A stretch of DNA of 32,000 nt from Bacillus subtilis subsp. subtilis str. 168 (GCF_000009045.1 NC_000964.3:2700001-2732000); one strand, 5' to 3'. Positions 10,002 through 18,884 are shown, counted from the stretch's first letter. Numbers and translations are program-made. The notes: generated by a model not told the origin, from the sequence alone.

Positions 10002-10787
10002 TCAAAGGAGCTCTAACCAAATTTTAATAGCTGTCGCACCTATTAATTGCGCTAAAACCCATTGCAGGAATTTTGTATTTACTTTTTGCCCAACTGATGC
10101 GCCAATAGGAGAAGCTATTAAACTAGTAATCATAAGAACCAGAGCTGGTACAAAAAGAACCTGGCCCGTGATTACTTTTCCAACTGTTGCGCCAATGGAT
10201 GAAAGAAATGTAATCGCAAGAGATGAAGCGACTGTGACTCTAACAGGAATATTTAAAATCGATAACATAATGGGGACTAGGATAAAGGCGCCGCCAGCTC
10301 CTAAAATACCTGATACGCCACCAATGATAAACGCTAAGGAAGAAGCCAACCATTTATTAAATATCACTTCCTTATCTTCGCTATGTTCTTGTCCTTTCTG
10401 TCCTTTTTTAGGTATAAACATTAAAATAACTGCTATAATAGCCAGAATTCCGTATATAAAGTTAATTCCTTTTTCAGATATATAATGAGAAAAGTAACTC
10501 CCCAATACACTCCCTAAAAGGATGCTGCTTCCCATGTAAATAATTAATGTTTTATTTATAAGACCACTCTTACGATAAGCCCAAACACCGCCGAGTGTCG
10601 CAAAAAAAACTTGAATAGCCCCTATCCCTGAAACTTCATGGGCAGTTAATGACATCACTCCCACTAAAGAAGGAATGTACAATAGCATTGGATAATTAAT
10701 AACTGCTCCGCCAATACCAATCATTCCGGAAATAAAGGCACCAATAAACCCTATAATGAAAAGAGTTGTGATAAAGGCAATATCCAT
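10002..10787 (-). CDS. yrkJ: Sulfite exporter TauE/SafE-family permease
   Basis: [25 protein letters not shown]...[23 protein letters not shown] duplicated TauE motifs; adjacent to sulfur-transfer genes. Confidence 0.93.
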
Positions 10788-10847
10788 TTTATTTGCCTCC
10801 TTTCATAGGAAAAGGGTATCTTTCTATTCGATACCCTTTCACATTCA

Positions 10848-11075
10848 TTAGCCTTTTTGAATCCAAAATTTCAATATATCGCCCTCGTCCGTTTGCTCTA
10901 AAAGGTCATGTCCGCCTGATTTAGACCAGGCTGTAAGATCATTTTTGGCTCCCTTATCTGTTGCATGCACTTCTAATATTTGACCTGATTCCAGTTCATT
11001 CATCGCTTTTTTTGTTCTGACAATTGGCATTGGGCATGCCAAGCCTTTTGCGTCTAATACTTTATCTGATTTCAT
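10848..11075 (-). CDS. yrkI: TusA/SirA-like sulfur carrier protein
   Basis: 75 aa, LDAKGLACPMPIVRTKKAM...GDILKFWIQK; catalytic CPMP motif. Confidence 0.94.
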   Translation of the reverse strand: MKSDKVLDAKGLACPMPIVRTKKAMNELESGQILEVHATDKGAKNDLTAWSKSGGHDLLEQTDEGDILKFWIQKG

Positions 11076-11108
11076 GTTCTTCTCTCCTCTTTTTAGCAGA
11101 AACTTGTG

Positions 11109-12242
11109 TTACCGTATTGCACAGCGGTTTGGGCCAATCTCCATTTCACGCTGTTTTTCTTCATCTGGGCTGATTTTCCCCATGTTTGTTTCTCGAATCT
11201 CTTGGTATGCATTTGGTTGCGGAGGCAAATGATCTGTTACTAGGTGTCTAAATTCTGTTTCATCCGCAATGTTCAAACCATGGTTCTCGCTAAATAATGT
11301 ACTTAGTTGTTTACCAACACTTCCATTCTCATTTAGCTCGTCAATGATCATAAAGTGTGCCGGTAATACAATTAAATCCTTTGATAACGCTTTGTAACGG
11401 CTATAAAGCGTTTTTCTTAAATCTCCTACCCAATCTTCTGCCATACCGGCTAAGTCTGGTCTGCCGATTGAATCAATAAACAAGATATCACCTGAAAGAA
11501 GATACTGGTCATCGACAATGAAAGAAGTGGAGCCAATCGTGTGCCCCGGAGAATAAATCGGTTGAATTTTAATCGTTGTATTTCCAATAATAATGTCATT
11601 TCCTTCTTCCAACGGCTGATAATCGAATTCCACTTCTTCAGCATCTTTAGGCGGTAACCAGTAGGTTGCTTTTGTTTTTTCAGCAATGACTCTGCCGCCT
11701 GAAATATGGTCCGCGTGAAGATGTGTATCAAATACGTGAGTAATCGTTGCACCCTTCCCCTTCGCAAAATCTATAAAGAAATTCACCATACGTGTCGCAT
11801 CAATAATTGCTGCTTCACCATTGGAAATGACCATGTATGACAAGCAGCCTTTACCGATTCGAACAAACTGATACATCTCACCGCCATCTTTTAAATCCCC
11901 GACTTTTACCGGCTCTAAATGTTCGCTCCATGCTTTCATTCCACCCTTAAGGTAGGATACAGAATGACCTGCTTCAGAAAGCATTTCGGATACCATGACG
12001 GATGAACCTTCTTTTGCGCAAACGACCAGCACTTCTTTATCAGAAGGAATTTTCTCCAAGATATCTTCTACGCCATCTAAAAGATCAAAATAAGGAACAT
12101 TCAAATGGTCAAAGTCATGCCCTTCTATCTTCCAATCACTAAAATCATTTTCATTACGCACATCCAAAATAAATAAAGGTTCTTTGTTAAAGATTTTTTT
12201 GTCACTTCTTTTGGGGTCATTGCCTTTACGGTCATGTTTCAA
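11109..12242 (-). CDS. yrkH: Rhodanese-like/metallo-beta-lactamase (persulfide dioxygenase-like) fusion
   Basis: N-terminal rhodanese-like domain ([14 protein letters not shown]...[12 protein letters not shown]), then MBL fold with [35 protein letters not shown]. Confidence 0.93.
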
Positions 12243-12271
12243 TACCTCCTATATCAAATCTTTTAGCGGGA

Positions 12272-12556
12272 CTAAAACGTTAAGGATACATCAGCATCTT
12301 TCGTAAAACCAAAAAAGGTAACAGCCCCGCCTACTTCGATTCCTTCCATAAAATCATCTTTTGTTAAACCCATAACGTCCATCGTTATTTGACAACCAAA
12401 TCATGCAACTCCCATTTCAATCAGTTAAGAATAGAAGGCACATTTGCGTTCCTACAACCTTCTGCGACATGCTCTTTTCCTTGTCGCAATATTACAGACT
12501 TTATAAGCATCAAACAGACCGCTATTTGCCGCAATAATCGCTACTCTTGTACTCAT
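12272..12556 (-). pseudogene. yrkG: Decayed DsrE/DsrF-like sulfur-relay gene (YrkG position)
   Basis: Manual minus-strand translation: start at 12556 MSTRVAIIAANSGLFDAYKVCNIAT..., then frame disruption and probable internal deletion, then EMGVA*FGCQITMDVMGLTKDDFMEGIEVGGAVTFFGFTKDADVSLTF* ending at 12272. Only 285 nt against 483 for the intact paralogue at 13320-13802. Confidence 0.75.
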
Positions 12557-12576
12557 CTGTTCATCATGCTTTTTAT

Positions 12577-13134
12577 TTATTCGGTTTTACCTGTCCAATC
12601 CCGCATACCCGGGACAACATTAATAACCTTTTTAAAACCTTGTTTTTTCATGGTGCGGGCCGCCATTTCACTCCTTCTTCCCGAATGGCAGATAATATAA
12701 ATTTCATCATTTTCGTTTAATTCGTTAGCGCGCTTTTCCACTTCACCAAGAGGGATATGCACAACTCCTGGGATATGAGCTTTTTCATATTCCTCTATCT
12801 CTCGAACATCTAAAATGTTAAGAGACTCGTCACTATCTACTTTCTGTTTGAAAGCTTCTAATGAAATCTCAGGAATTGAAGATGCATTTTCTGATGAATG
12901 CTCTCCTCCTTTTCGAAGAAAATGACGAAGTATTTCTCCCTCTGCTTCAGTACCCAGATATTCATGGCCTGTACTTTTTGCCCATGCTTCCAGATCTGCT
13001 GTAGAACCTTTATCTGTCGCATGAATTTCCAATACTTCACCAGCTTTTAAATCCTTCATTCTCTTCTTCGTTTTTACGATAGGCATTGGACACGCCAAAC
13101 CTTTAGCGTCTAGTACAATAGTTGCTTTCATCAT
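12577..13134 (-). CDS. yrkF: TusA-rhodanese fusion protein
   Basis: N-terminal VLDAKGLACPMPIVKTKKRM (TusA), C-terminal rhodanese with active-site loop CHSGRRS and GMRDW. Confidence 0.95.
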   Translation of the reverse strand: MMKATIVLDAKGLACPMPIVKTKKRMKDLKAGEVLEIHATDKGSTADLEAWAKSTGHEYLGTEAEGEILRHFLRKGGEHSSENASSIPEISLEAFKQKVDSDESLNILDVREIEEYEKAHIPGVVHIPLGEVEKRANELNENDEIYIICHSGRRSEMAARTMKKQGFKKVINVVPGMRDWTGKTE

Positions 13135-13153
13135 TTTTTCCTCCTTTTCTTAT

Positions 13154-13169
13154 ATAGGGGTGGGGGTAT
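13154..13169. promoter_or_regulatory. CsoR/CstR-like operator candidate upstream of yrkF
   Basis: ATAGGGGTGGGGGTAT (reverse ATACCCCCACCCCTAT), 20 nt before the yrkF start; strong half-site ATACCCCC, weaker other half. Confidence 0.5.
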
Positions 13170-13319
13170 ACAAATATACAAAAAGTTTCTCACTGTAAGT
13201 TAACACCATGTATTCATACCCCCTTTTATATTTGTGATGTTTTTAAATCCTTGTTTCTTCAATATTTTTACTTGCCTTTAAACTTCTCATTCCGCTTAGC
13301 AATGAGTAAATGAGTAACA

Positions 13320-13802
13320 TTAGATAAATAAGTTGACACTGCCTTCCTCAGCATCTGCCAAATAAGCTGCTACACCAGCATAGTCAATATCATCTAATAG
13401 TTCTTTTTCCTGTAAACCAAGAAGATCCATTGTCATCGTACAAGCTACGAGCTTTACCCCCTGTTCTTGAGCCATCTCAATCAACTGAGGTAAAGTAAGT
13501 ACATTATGCTTTTTCATCACATTTTTAATCATTTTAGGGCCCATACCTGCAAAGTTCATTTTAGATAAACCCATCTTATCAGCACCACGAGGCATCATCT
13601 TTCCAAACATTTTTTCAAGAAATCCTTTTTTCACTGGAATCAGCTCTTCTTTACGTAAAGCGTTAAATCCCCAAAAAGTATGGAAGATCGTCACTTCATG
13701 ATCGTAGGCAGCTGCACCATTTGCAATAATATAGGCTGCCATTGCTTTATCATAATCCCCGCTAAATAAAACAATTGTTGTGCGTTTTGTTTGTTCTGTC
13801 AT
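13320..13802 (-). CDS. yrkE: DsrE2-family (DsrE/DsrF/DrsH-like) sulfur relay protein
   Basis: 160 aa: KAMAAYIIANGAAAYDHEVTIFHTFWGFNALRKEE...VKLVACTMTMDLLGLQEKELLDDIDYAGVAAYLADA. Confidence 0.94.
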   Translation of the reverse strand: MTEQTKRTTIVLFSGDYDKAMAAYIIANGAAAYDHEVTIFHTFWGFNALRKEELIPVKKGFLEKMFGKMMPRGADKMGLSKMNFAGMGPKMIKNVMKKHNVLTLPQLIEMAQEQGVKLVACTMTMDLLGLQEKELLDDIDYAGVAAYLADAEEGSVNLFI

Positions 13803-13820
13803 GTTTATTCTCCTAACTAA

Positions 13821-13836
13821 TTACCCCTGCGGGTAT
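13821..13836. promoter_or_regulatory. CsoR/CstR-like operator candidate upstream of yrkE
   Basis: TTACCCCTGCGGGTAT, G/C-centred pseudo-palindrome 19 nt before the yrkE start. Confidence 0.65.
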
Positions 13837-13887
13837 ATTAAAGTCAAAAAATTTTTTCGAAAGATCTGCTTTTATTCAACTCTTTAA

Positions 13888-13903
13888 ATACCATAGGGGG
13901 TAT
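13888..13903. promoter_or_regulatory. CsoR/CstR-like operator candidate in the yrkD-yrkE intergenic region
   Basis: ATACCATAGGGGGTAT (reverse ATACCCCCTATGGTAT), near-identical to the 14634 site. Confidence 0.65.
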
Positions 13904-13948
13904 AATATAACGCATATAAAAATTCGTCAACCTTAGGTTGATGAATTT

Positions 13949-14209
13949 TTATCGGCTCTTTACCAATAAGTCGACTGCTTCTTTTACTAAATTTTGTGTG
14001 TCTTCGCCTTTTTCTAAACTTTCACGAACACAATGTTCAAGGTTTGTGCTCACAATTAAACCCATCGCTCGATCGATCGCATTACGGGAAGCTGCTAATT
14101 GGGTCACAACCTCTCTACAATCTTTTCCTTGTTCCATCATAGTCAATACACCTTTAATTTGTCCTTCAATCCGTCGTAAGCGGTTTTTAATCTTTTGATC
14201 ATACTCCAT
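13949..14209 (-). CDS. yrkD: CsoR/CstR-family transcriptional repressor
   Basis: 86 aa: RLRRIEGQIKGVLTMMEQGKDCREVVTQLAASRNAIDRAMGLIVSTNLEHCV; two-Cys signature without the Cu(I)-ligand histidine context, favouring a persulfide sensor. Confidence 0.92.
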   Translation of the reverse strand: MEYDQKIKNRLRRIEGQIKGVLTMMEQGKDCREVVTQLAASRNAIDRAMGLIVSTNLEHCVRESLEKGEDTQNLVKEAVDLLVKSR

Positions 14210-14230
14210 ATATCAATGAAATCCTTTCTT

Positions 14231-14548
14231 TCATTTATTTTTACATTTACATGTTGCCAGTTCATAACTGTTTACATGGATACCTTTGCGCTTTAGAAAA
14301 CGCACTCCTAAATTTAATTCCACCCGGTCACGAGCTATTATGTGTATTTTATCACGTGGAATCTCTAAATAAAAACGTTTTAGATACGCATATGGGATGT
14401 TTAAAATAATATTATCCGAAAAATTGGCTACATCGTTATAATGACGAATATCTAATATTGTGATGTCCATAGCCTCTAATTTATCTTTATGGATACAAGA
14501 GATTCCGGTTATAGGATAATAACGTCTATACGTTGCAATGATAATCAC
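14231..14548 (-). CDS. Rhodanese-like domain protein with probable N-terminal membrane anchor; start uncertain (open frame extends to about 14599)
   Basis: GISCIHKDKLEAMDITILDIRHYNDVANFSDNIILNIPYAYLKRF...HIIARDRVELNLGVRFLKRKGI follows the rhodanese pattern, but the usual catalytic Cys loop is replaced by ARDRVELN. Upstream in-frame codons encode INYLVIAFLLIFVIIIATYRRYY. Confidence 0.7.
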   Translation of the reverse strand: MIIIATYRRYYPITGISCIHKDKLEAMDITILDIRHYNDVANFSDNIILNIPYAYLKRFYLEIPRDKIHIIARDRVELNLGVRFLKRKGIHVNSYELATCKCKNK

Positions 14549-14633
14549 AAAAATAAGCAGGAATGCAATAACTAAATAATTGATACTATTTACACCACCT
14601 TATTAACTCTTTGTTTATTCACAAAACAATAAT

Positions 14634-14649
14634 ATACCCCCATAGGTAT
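14634..14649. promoter_or_regulatory. CsoR/CstR-like operator candidate upstream of the rhodanese-like gene and yrkD
   Basis: ATACCCCCATAGGTAT, matches the consensus seen at the other sites. Confidence 0.65.
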
Positions 14650-14932
14650 ATAGTCAAGTGTGAAAGTTACTTTCTTTGAGCTGATAGATTCATTTCGATA
14701 TCCGCGGATTGAAAAAATACTTACATTCGATAATGCCAATTCTGCTAAAAGGAACTCGAATAAAGCAATAAGCCGATTTAATTTTAAATCGGCTTTATTT
14801 ATCAATTACTTAAAATTAGCACAAGACACGCTGCTTGGATATTAAATGGGGTTTCATTAGCATGGTACTGGTTCCCCATGTTTCATGCTGGATGTGACTT
14901 TAATTATTCTAGAATTCTCCAGAATATCTGTG

Positions 14933-15493
14933 CTAATCTTCCGCAGCCACTGCATCTGCTTTGGTTTCATGAACTGTACCAAATGGATGGTTAGGAGGAG
15001 CATAAATGGAGTAAAGTTTTAATGGCGTATTTCCTGTATTAATTACGTTGTGCCAAGTGCCGGCAGGGACAACAATGGCAGAATCATCATAGACATTTCT
15101 TTGAAAGTTCAAATGATCTTTGCTCTTTCCCATTTTGACGATCCCACGCCCCTGCTCAATCCGTAAGAACTGGTCAACGTTAGGATGGATTTCCAAACCA
15201 ATGTCTTCTCCAATACCAAGACTCATCAAAGTAACTTGAAAATGCTTTCCTGTCCATAAAGCAGTACGGAACGTATTGTTTTGTTTTGTGGCTCTATTGA
15301 TATTTACAACAAATGGTTTTGGTCCATAATCCTTCAAAAGAAGGTTTCTATCTTCATATGAAGAGCGCAAATCGGCACCTCTGTGTACTTTCTCCATCTC
15401 ATTTGGAATAGTCCAATAAACAGATCTTCCATCATTATACATCGGCACAGTCACATAATAATAACATTGAGGCGAAAAAGGGTTATAGTACAT
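14933..15493 (-). CDS. yrkC: Cupin-domain protein (mannose-6-phosphate isomerase-like)
   Basis: 186 aa, GEDIGLEIHPNVDQFLRIEQGRGIVKMG...VPAGTWHNVINTGNTPLKLYSIYAPPNHPFGTVHET cupin motifs 1 and 2. Confidence 0.93.
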   Translation of the reverse strand: MYYNPFSPQCYYYVTVPMYNDGRSVYWTIPNEMEKVHRGADLRSSYEDRNLLLKDYGPKPFVVNINRATKQNNTFRTALWTGKHFQVTLMSLGIGEDIGLEIHPNVDQFLRIEQGRGIVKMGKSKDHLNFQRNVYDDSAIVVPAGTWHNVINTGNTPLKLYSIYAPPNHPFGTVHETKADAVAAED

Positions 15494-15509
15494 TTTTTGA
15501 TCCCCGCAA

Positions 15510-15722
15510 TTATAAATTTTTGTGATAGTATCCTATGCATTTATTAAGGGAGTGTGCTAAATCAAGAAAACTCATATTAAACACAAAAATGAATGTTCGA
15601 TCACCGTTTGATTCATGGATGAATAATTTATCACCGACCTTGTAATCGTTTTCTAGATGTTGAATTTCACTAGCCTTTGTTAACAAGACATCGAATGACA
15701 CCTTTATATGATGGATTATCAA
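15510..15722 (-). CDS. Small protein with DUF3850/ASCH-like resemblance
   Basis: 70 aa; HHIKVSFDVLLTKASEIQHLENDYKVGDKLFIHESNGD is reminiscent of DUF3850 (H.lK...FE.RKNDRdy.vGD.l.l.E). Central charged motif is degenerate. Confidence 0.45.
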   Translation of the reverse strand: MIIHHIKVSFDVLLTKASEIQHLENDYKVGDKLFIHESNGDRTFIFVFNMSFLDLAHSLNKCIGYYHKNL

Positions 15723-16034
15723 AGGTCGACGATCCTAAATGGCTTTTGAACATTTACATAGCACAACAACAGAGTATACGGAATTCTGTTGTTTGTCCCC
15801 CCTATCCCAGCTCTTTTAGATTTATCTCTTTGGATGCGCCTTGATGGCCAGTTTTTCAGCAGCATAGAATTTATCCCCTCCTGAATCGTTATAGCATATT
15901 TCAACGCCGATAGACTTGCGGTTCCCAGTGCCGTTTGTACCGTCTCCTGTATGTGGGCTCGCTTTTAGTAAACCAGTTTATATTCTTTTTGGGCACACAA
16001 CAGAAACAATTTTCCATATGAAAATCTCGTAATT

Positions 16035-16856
16035 TTACACCTCTTTAACTTGAAGGAGGATTTTTGCATATGTATTTTCATACCCGTCAACTACCATCTC
16101 ATCCAGCATATATTCCTCATATGCATTTTCCCCTATTTGCATTCCATTTCTTTCAATGAACTCAATGATTCTCCGGTACGCCTCTTCAGTATTTCCGCCT
16201 ATTTCATATCCAACTGCATACAGGCCTTTTGGCCGTACATGATAATTTATGTTCTCTGCCCCATCTTTTACTTTTATATAAAAGTAACTGTAATTGTAGA
16301 AGTCTTTTTCTAAGATTTGTTCCCGTGCAAAGATTCCGCCTATCGGATATCCTTCATCTAATTCATATTGCTGAACTTCATGAATGAGTTCTGAAATGGC
16401 TGCCACATATTTTCGTTCTGGTAAGTTTAATGTTTTTCGGCTTAACATGAATGTTTCTTCATTTAAATATTCAAAAGAAATTGAGGAAAAATCAGTCTCA
16501 AGTGCTTGTTCTGTAAGCGTCACTTTTGTTTGTAAGATCGTTTGCAACTGCTTAAGCTCATTTATTTTTTTATCAATCTCAATAGACTTTTCTTTTAGAA
16601 CATGCAGGATCTTGTCTGGTGTTTTTCCTTTTATTAGACACTTTATTTCTTTTAATGGAACCCCAAGCTCTTTAAATAGACTGATGACTTGAAAAGTCTC
16701 AAATTGATGATAGGAATAATATCTATACCCATTTTCTTTTTTTATTTCCGGCGAGAAAAGACCAATCTCATCATAATGAAATAAAGTTTGTTTTTTTACA
16801 CGGCAGAGCTTCGAAAACTCCCCTGTTGTGAAATACTTCTTAACATCTTCGCTCAT
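16035..16856 (-). CDS. bltR: MerR-family activator of the multidrug transporter gene blt
   Basis: 273 aa; N-terminal KKYFTTGEFSKLCRVKKQTLFHYDEIGLFSPEIKKENGYRYYSYHQ MerR HTH plus C-terminal effector domain; divergent from blt. Confidence 0.95.
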   Translation of the reverse strand: MSEDVKKYFTTGEFSKLCRVKKQTLFHYDEIGLFSPEIKKENGYRYYSYHQFETFQVISLFKELGVPLKEIKCLIKGKTPDKILHVLKEKSIEIDKKINELKQLQTILQTKVTLTEQALETDFSSISFEYLNEETFMLSRKTLNLPERKYVAAISELIHEVQQYELDEGYPIGGIFAREQILEKDFYNYSYFYIKVKDGAENINYHVRPKGLYAVGYEIGGNTEEAYRRIIEFIERNGMQIGENAYEEYMLDEMVVDGYENTYAKILLQVKEV

Positions 16857-16866
16857 AAAAACCTCC

Positions 16867-16897
16867 TTGACTATACGGTAACCATATACCTTATGAT
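16867..16897 (+). promoter_or_regulatory. MerR-type promoter of blt with 19-bp spacer
   Basis: TTGACT (16867-16872), 19-nt spacer ATACGGTAACCATATACCT with central GGTAACC dyad, TATGAT (16892-16897). Confidence 0.8.
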
Positions 16898-16951
16898 TTG
16901 ATTGTACTTGAAAAAAGCTTCAAGCGAAAAGGATAGGTAAAAAGGGTTCAA

Positions 16952-18175
16952 TTGAGTAAAAGGGGAATTCAGATGAAAAAATCAATAAATGAGCAAAAAA
17001 CGATATTCATTATACTATTAAGCAACATCTTCGTAGCATTTCTTGGTATCGGTTTAATCATTCCAGTTATGCCTTCTTTTATGAAAATCATGCATTTATC
17101 CGGCAGCACAATGGGTTATCTTGTTGCGGCTTTTGCCATTTCTCAGTTAATTACTTCACCTTTTGCAGGTAGGTGGGTTGACCGTTTCGGGAGAAAAAAA
17201 ATGATTATTCTCGGGTTGCTTATATTCAGTTTATCTGAGTTGATTTTCGGATTAGGGACCCATGTTTCAATATTTTATTTCTCGAGGATATTGGGTGGTG
17301 TAAGTGCGGCTTTTATCATGCCCGCGGTAACAGCATATGTAGCTGATATTACAACCCTAAAGGAAAGGTCAAAGGCTATGGGGTATGTTTCTGCTGCAAT
17401 TAGCACCGGCTTTATTATTGGACCTGGTGCGGGAGGATTTATTGCCGGCTTTGGTATCCGCATGCCGTTTTTCTTCGCCTCCGCCATCGCGTTAATAGCA
17501 GCTGTCACTTCCGTTTTTATACTAAAAGAGTCATTGTCGATAGAAGAACGCCATCAACTCTCATCTCATACAAAGGAATCAAATTTCATTAAAGACTTGA
17601 AGAGATCCATTCATCCTGTCTATTTCATTGCATTTATTATCGTCTTTGTAATGGCTTTTGGTTTATCAGCTTATGAAACGGTATTCAGCTTGTTTTCTGA
17701 TCATAAATTTGGCTTCACACCAAAAGATATTGCAGCCATTATTACGATTAGTTCCATTGTTGCGGTAGTTATTCAAGTTTTACTATTCGGGAAATTGGTC
17801 AACAAACTTGGAGAGAAAAGAATGATTCAGCTGTGCTTAATAACCGGTGCGATCTTGGCTTTCGTGTCTACTGTTATGTCAGGATTTTTAACTGTTTTGC
17901 TTGTAACTTGTTTTATTTTTCTGGCGTTCGATTTGCTACGTCCGGCCTTAACCGCTCATTTATCCAATATGGCCGGTAACCAGCAGGGTTTCGTAGCAGG
18001 CATGAACTCCACATACACCAGCCTGGGAAATATATTTGGACCTGCTCTAGGCGGTATACTATTTGATCTTAACATTCATTATCCTTTCCTTTTTGCAGGT
18101 TTCGTTATGATTGTCGGCCTTGGTCTTACAATGGTTTGGAAAGAAAAAAAGAATGATGCTGCAGCTTTGAATTAA
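16952..18175 (+). CDS. blt: MFS multidrug efflux transporter
   Basis: 12-TM MFS protein with motif A GRWVDRFGRKKMI and motif C GFIIGPGAGGFIAGFG; Bmr/Blt-like. The more likely start is the ATG at 16973 (MKKSINEQK), preceded by AAAGGGG. Confidence 0.93.
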   Translation: MSKRGIQMKKSINEQKTIFIILLSNIFVAFLGIGLIIPVMPSFMKIMHLSGSTMGYLVAAFAISQLITSPFAGRWVDRFGRKKMIILGLLIFSLSELIFGLGTHVSIFYFSRILGGVSAAFIMPAVTAYVADITTLKERSKAMGYVSAAISTGFIIGPGAGGFIAGFGIRMPFFFASAIALIAAVTSVFILKESLSIEERHQLSSHTKESNFIKDLKRSIHPVYFIAFIIVFVMAFGLSAYETVFSLFSDHKFGFTPKDIAAIITISSIVAVVIQVLLFGKLVNKLGEKRMIQLCLITGAILAFVSTVMSGFLTVLLVTCFIFLAFDLLRPALTAHLSNMAGNQQGFVAGMNSTYTSLGNIFGPALGGILFDLNIHYPFLFAGFVMIVGLGLTMVWKEKKNDAAALN

Positions 18176-18343
18176 TTCATTTTCTATAAAGTTAAGTCAT
18201 TTGGATGCAGGGAATGCCCCTGGTTAGGCACAATAAGAAAAGGTACTTAATTTGATAGGCTACATGTTGCTTGACGTGAATATAGTATAAGCTGAGTTTT
18301 AGCAATATCAGGATACCGGGATAAGAAAAAAGGAGAATGTAGT

Positions 18344-18802
18344 ATGAGTATAAACATAAAAGCAGTAACTGATGATAATCGTGCTGCAATTCTTGATCTA
18401 CATGTCAGCCAGAATCAATTATCATATATTGAATCTACAAAAGTATGTTTAGAAGATGCAAAAGAATGTCACTATTATAAACCTGTCGGGCTTTACTATG
18501 AAGGAGATCTAGTCGGTTTTGCAATGTATGGATTGTTTCCCGAGTATGATGAAGATAATAAAAACGGACGAGTCTGGCTTGACCGATTTTTTATTGACGA
18601 ACGCTATCAGGGAAAAGGATTAGGGAAGAAAATGCTTAAAGCCCTCATTCAGCACCTTGCTGAGTTATATAAATGCAAGAGAATTTATTTAAGTATATTT
18701 GAAAATAATATTCATGCTATACGCCTTTATCAAAGGTTTGGTTTTCAATTTAATGGTGAACTCGACTTTAATGGTGAGAAGGTAATGGTAAAAGAGCTAT
18801 AG
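18344..18802 (+). CDS. bltD: Spermine/spermidine N-acetyltransferase
   Basis: 152-aa GNAT: WLDRFFIDERYQGKGLGKKMLKALIQHL...NIHAIRLYQRFGFQFNGELD; directly downstream of blt. Confidence 0.94.
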   Translation: MSINIKAVTDDNRAAILDLHVSQNQLSYIESTKVCLEDAKECHYYKPVGLYYEGDLVGFAMYGLFPEYDEDNKNGRVWLDRFFIDERYQGKGLGKKMLKALIQHLAELYKCKRIYLSIFENNIHAIRLYQRFGFQFNGELDFNGEKVMVKEL

Positions 18803-18884
18803 ATATCCAAGCCTCCTTGTTTGCTGAGAAACGTTTGAACTTCGATAATGATTACCTACTTAAACTGCAAGATCATTGTTTAAA

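Noticed and set aside
12389-12700. Plus-strand 103-aa ORF in the ORF track
   Set aside because: Antisense to the DsrE relic and the 3' end of yrkF; composition is Ser/Cys/Phe-rich like a shadow ORF and the minus strand explains the interval.
8828-16005. TTGGGCAC-like octamers near 8830, 9660 and 15999 as a dispersed repeat
   Set aside because: Shared sequence is only 8-9 nt with different flanks, so not a supportable repeat.
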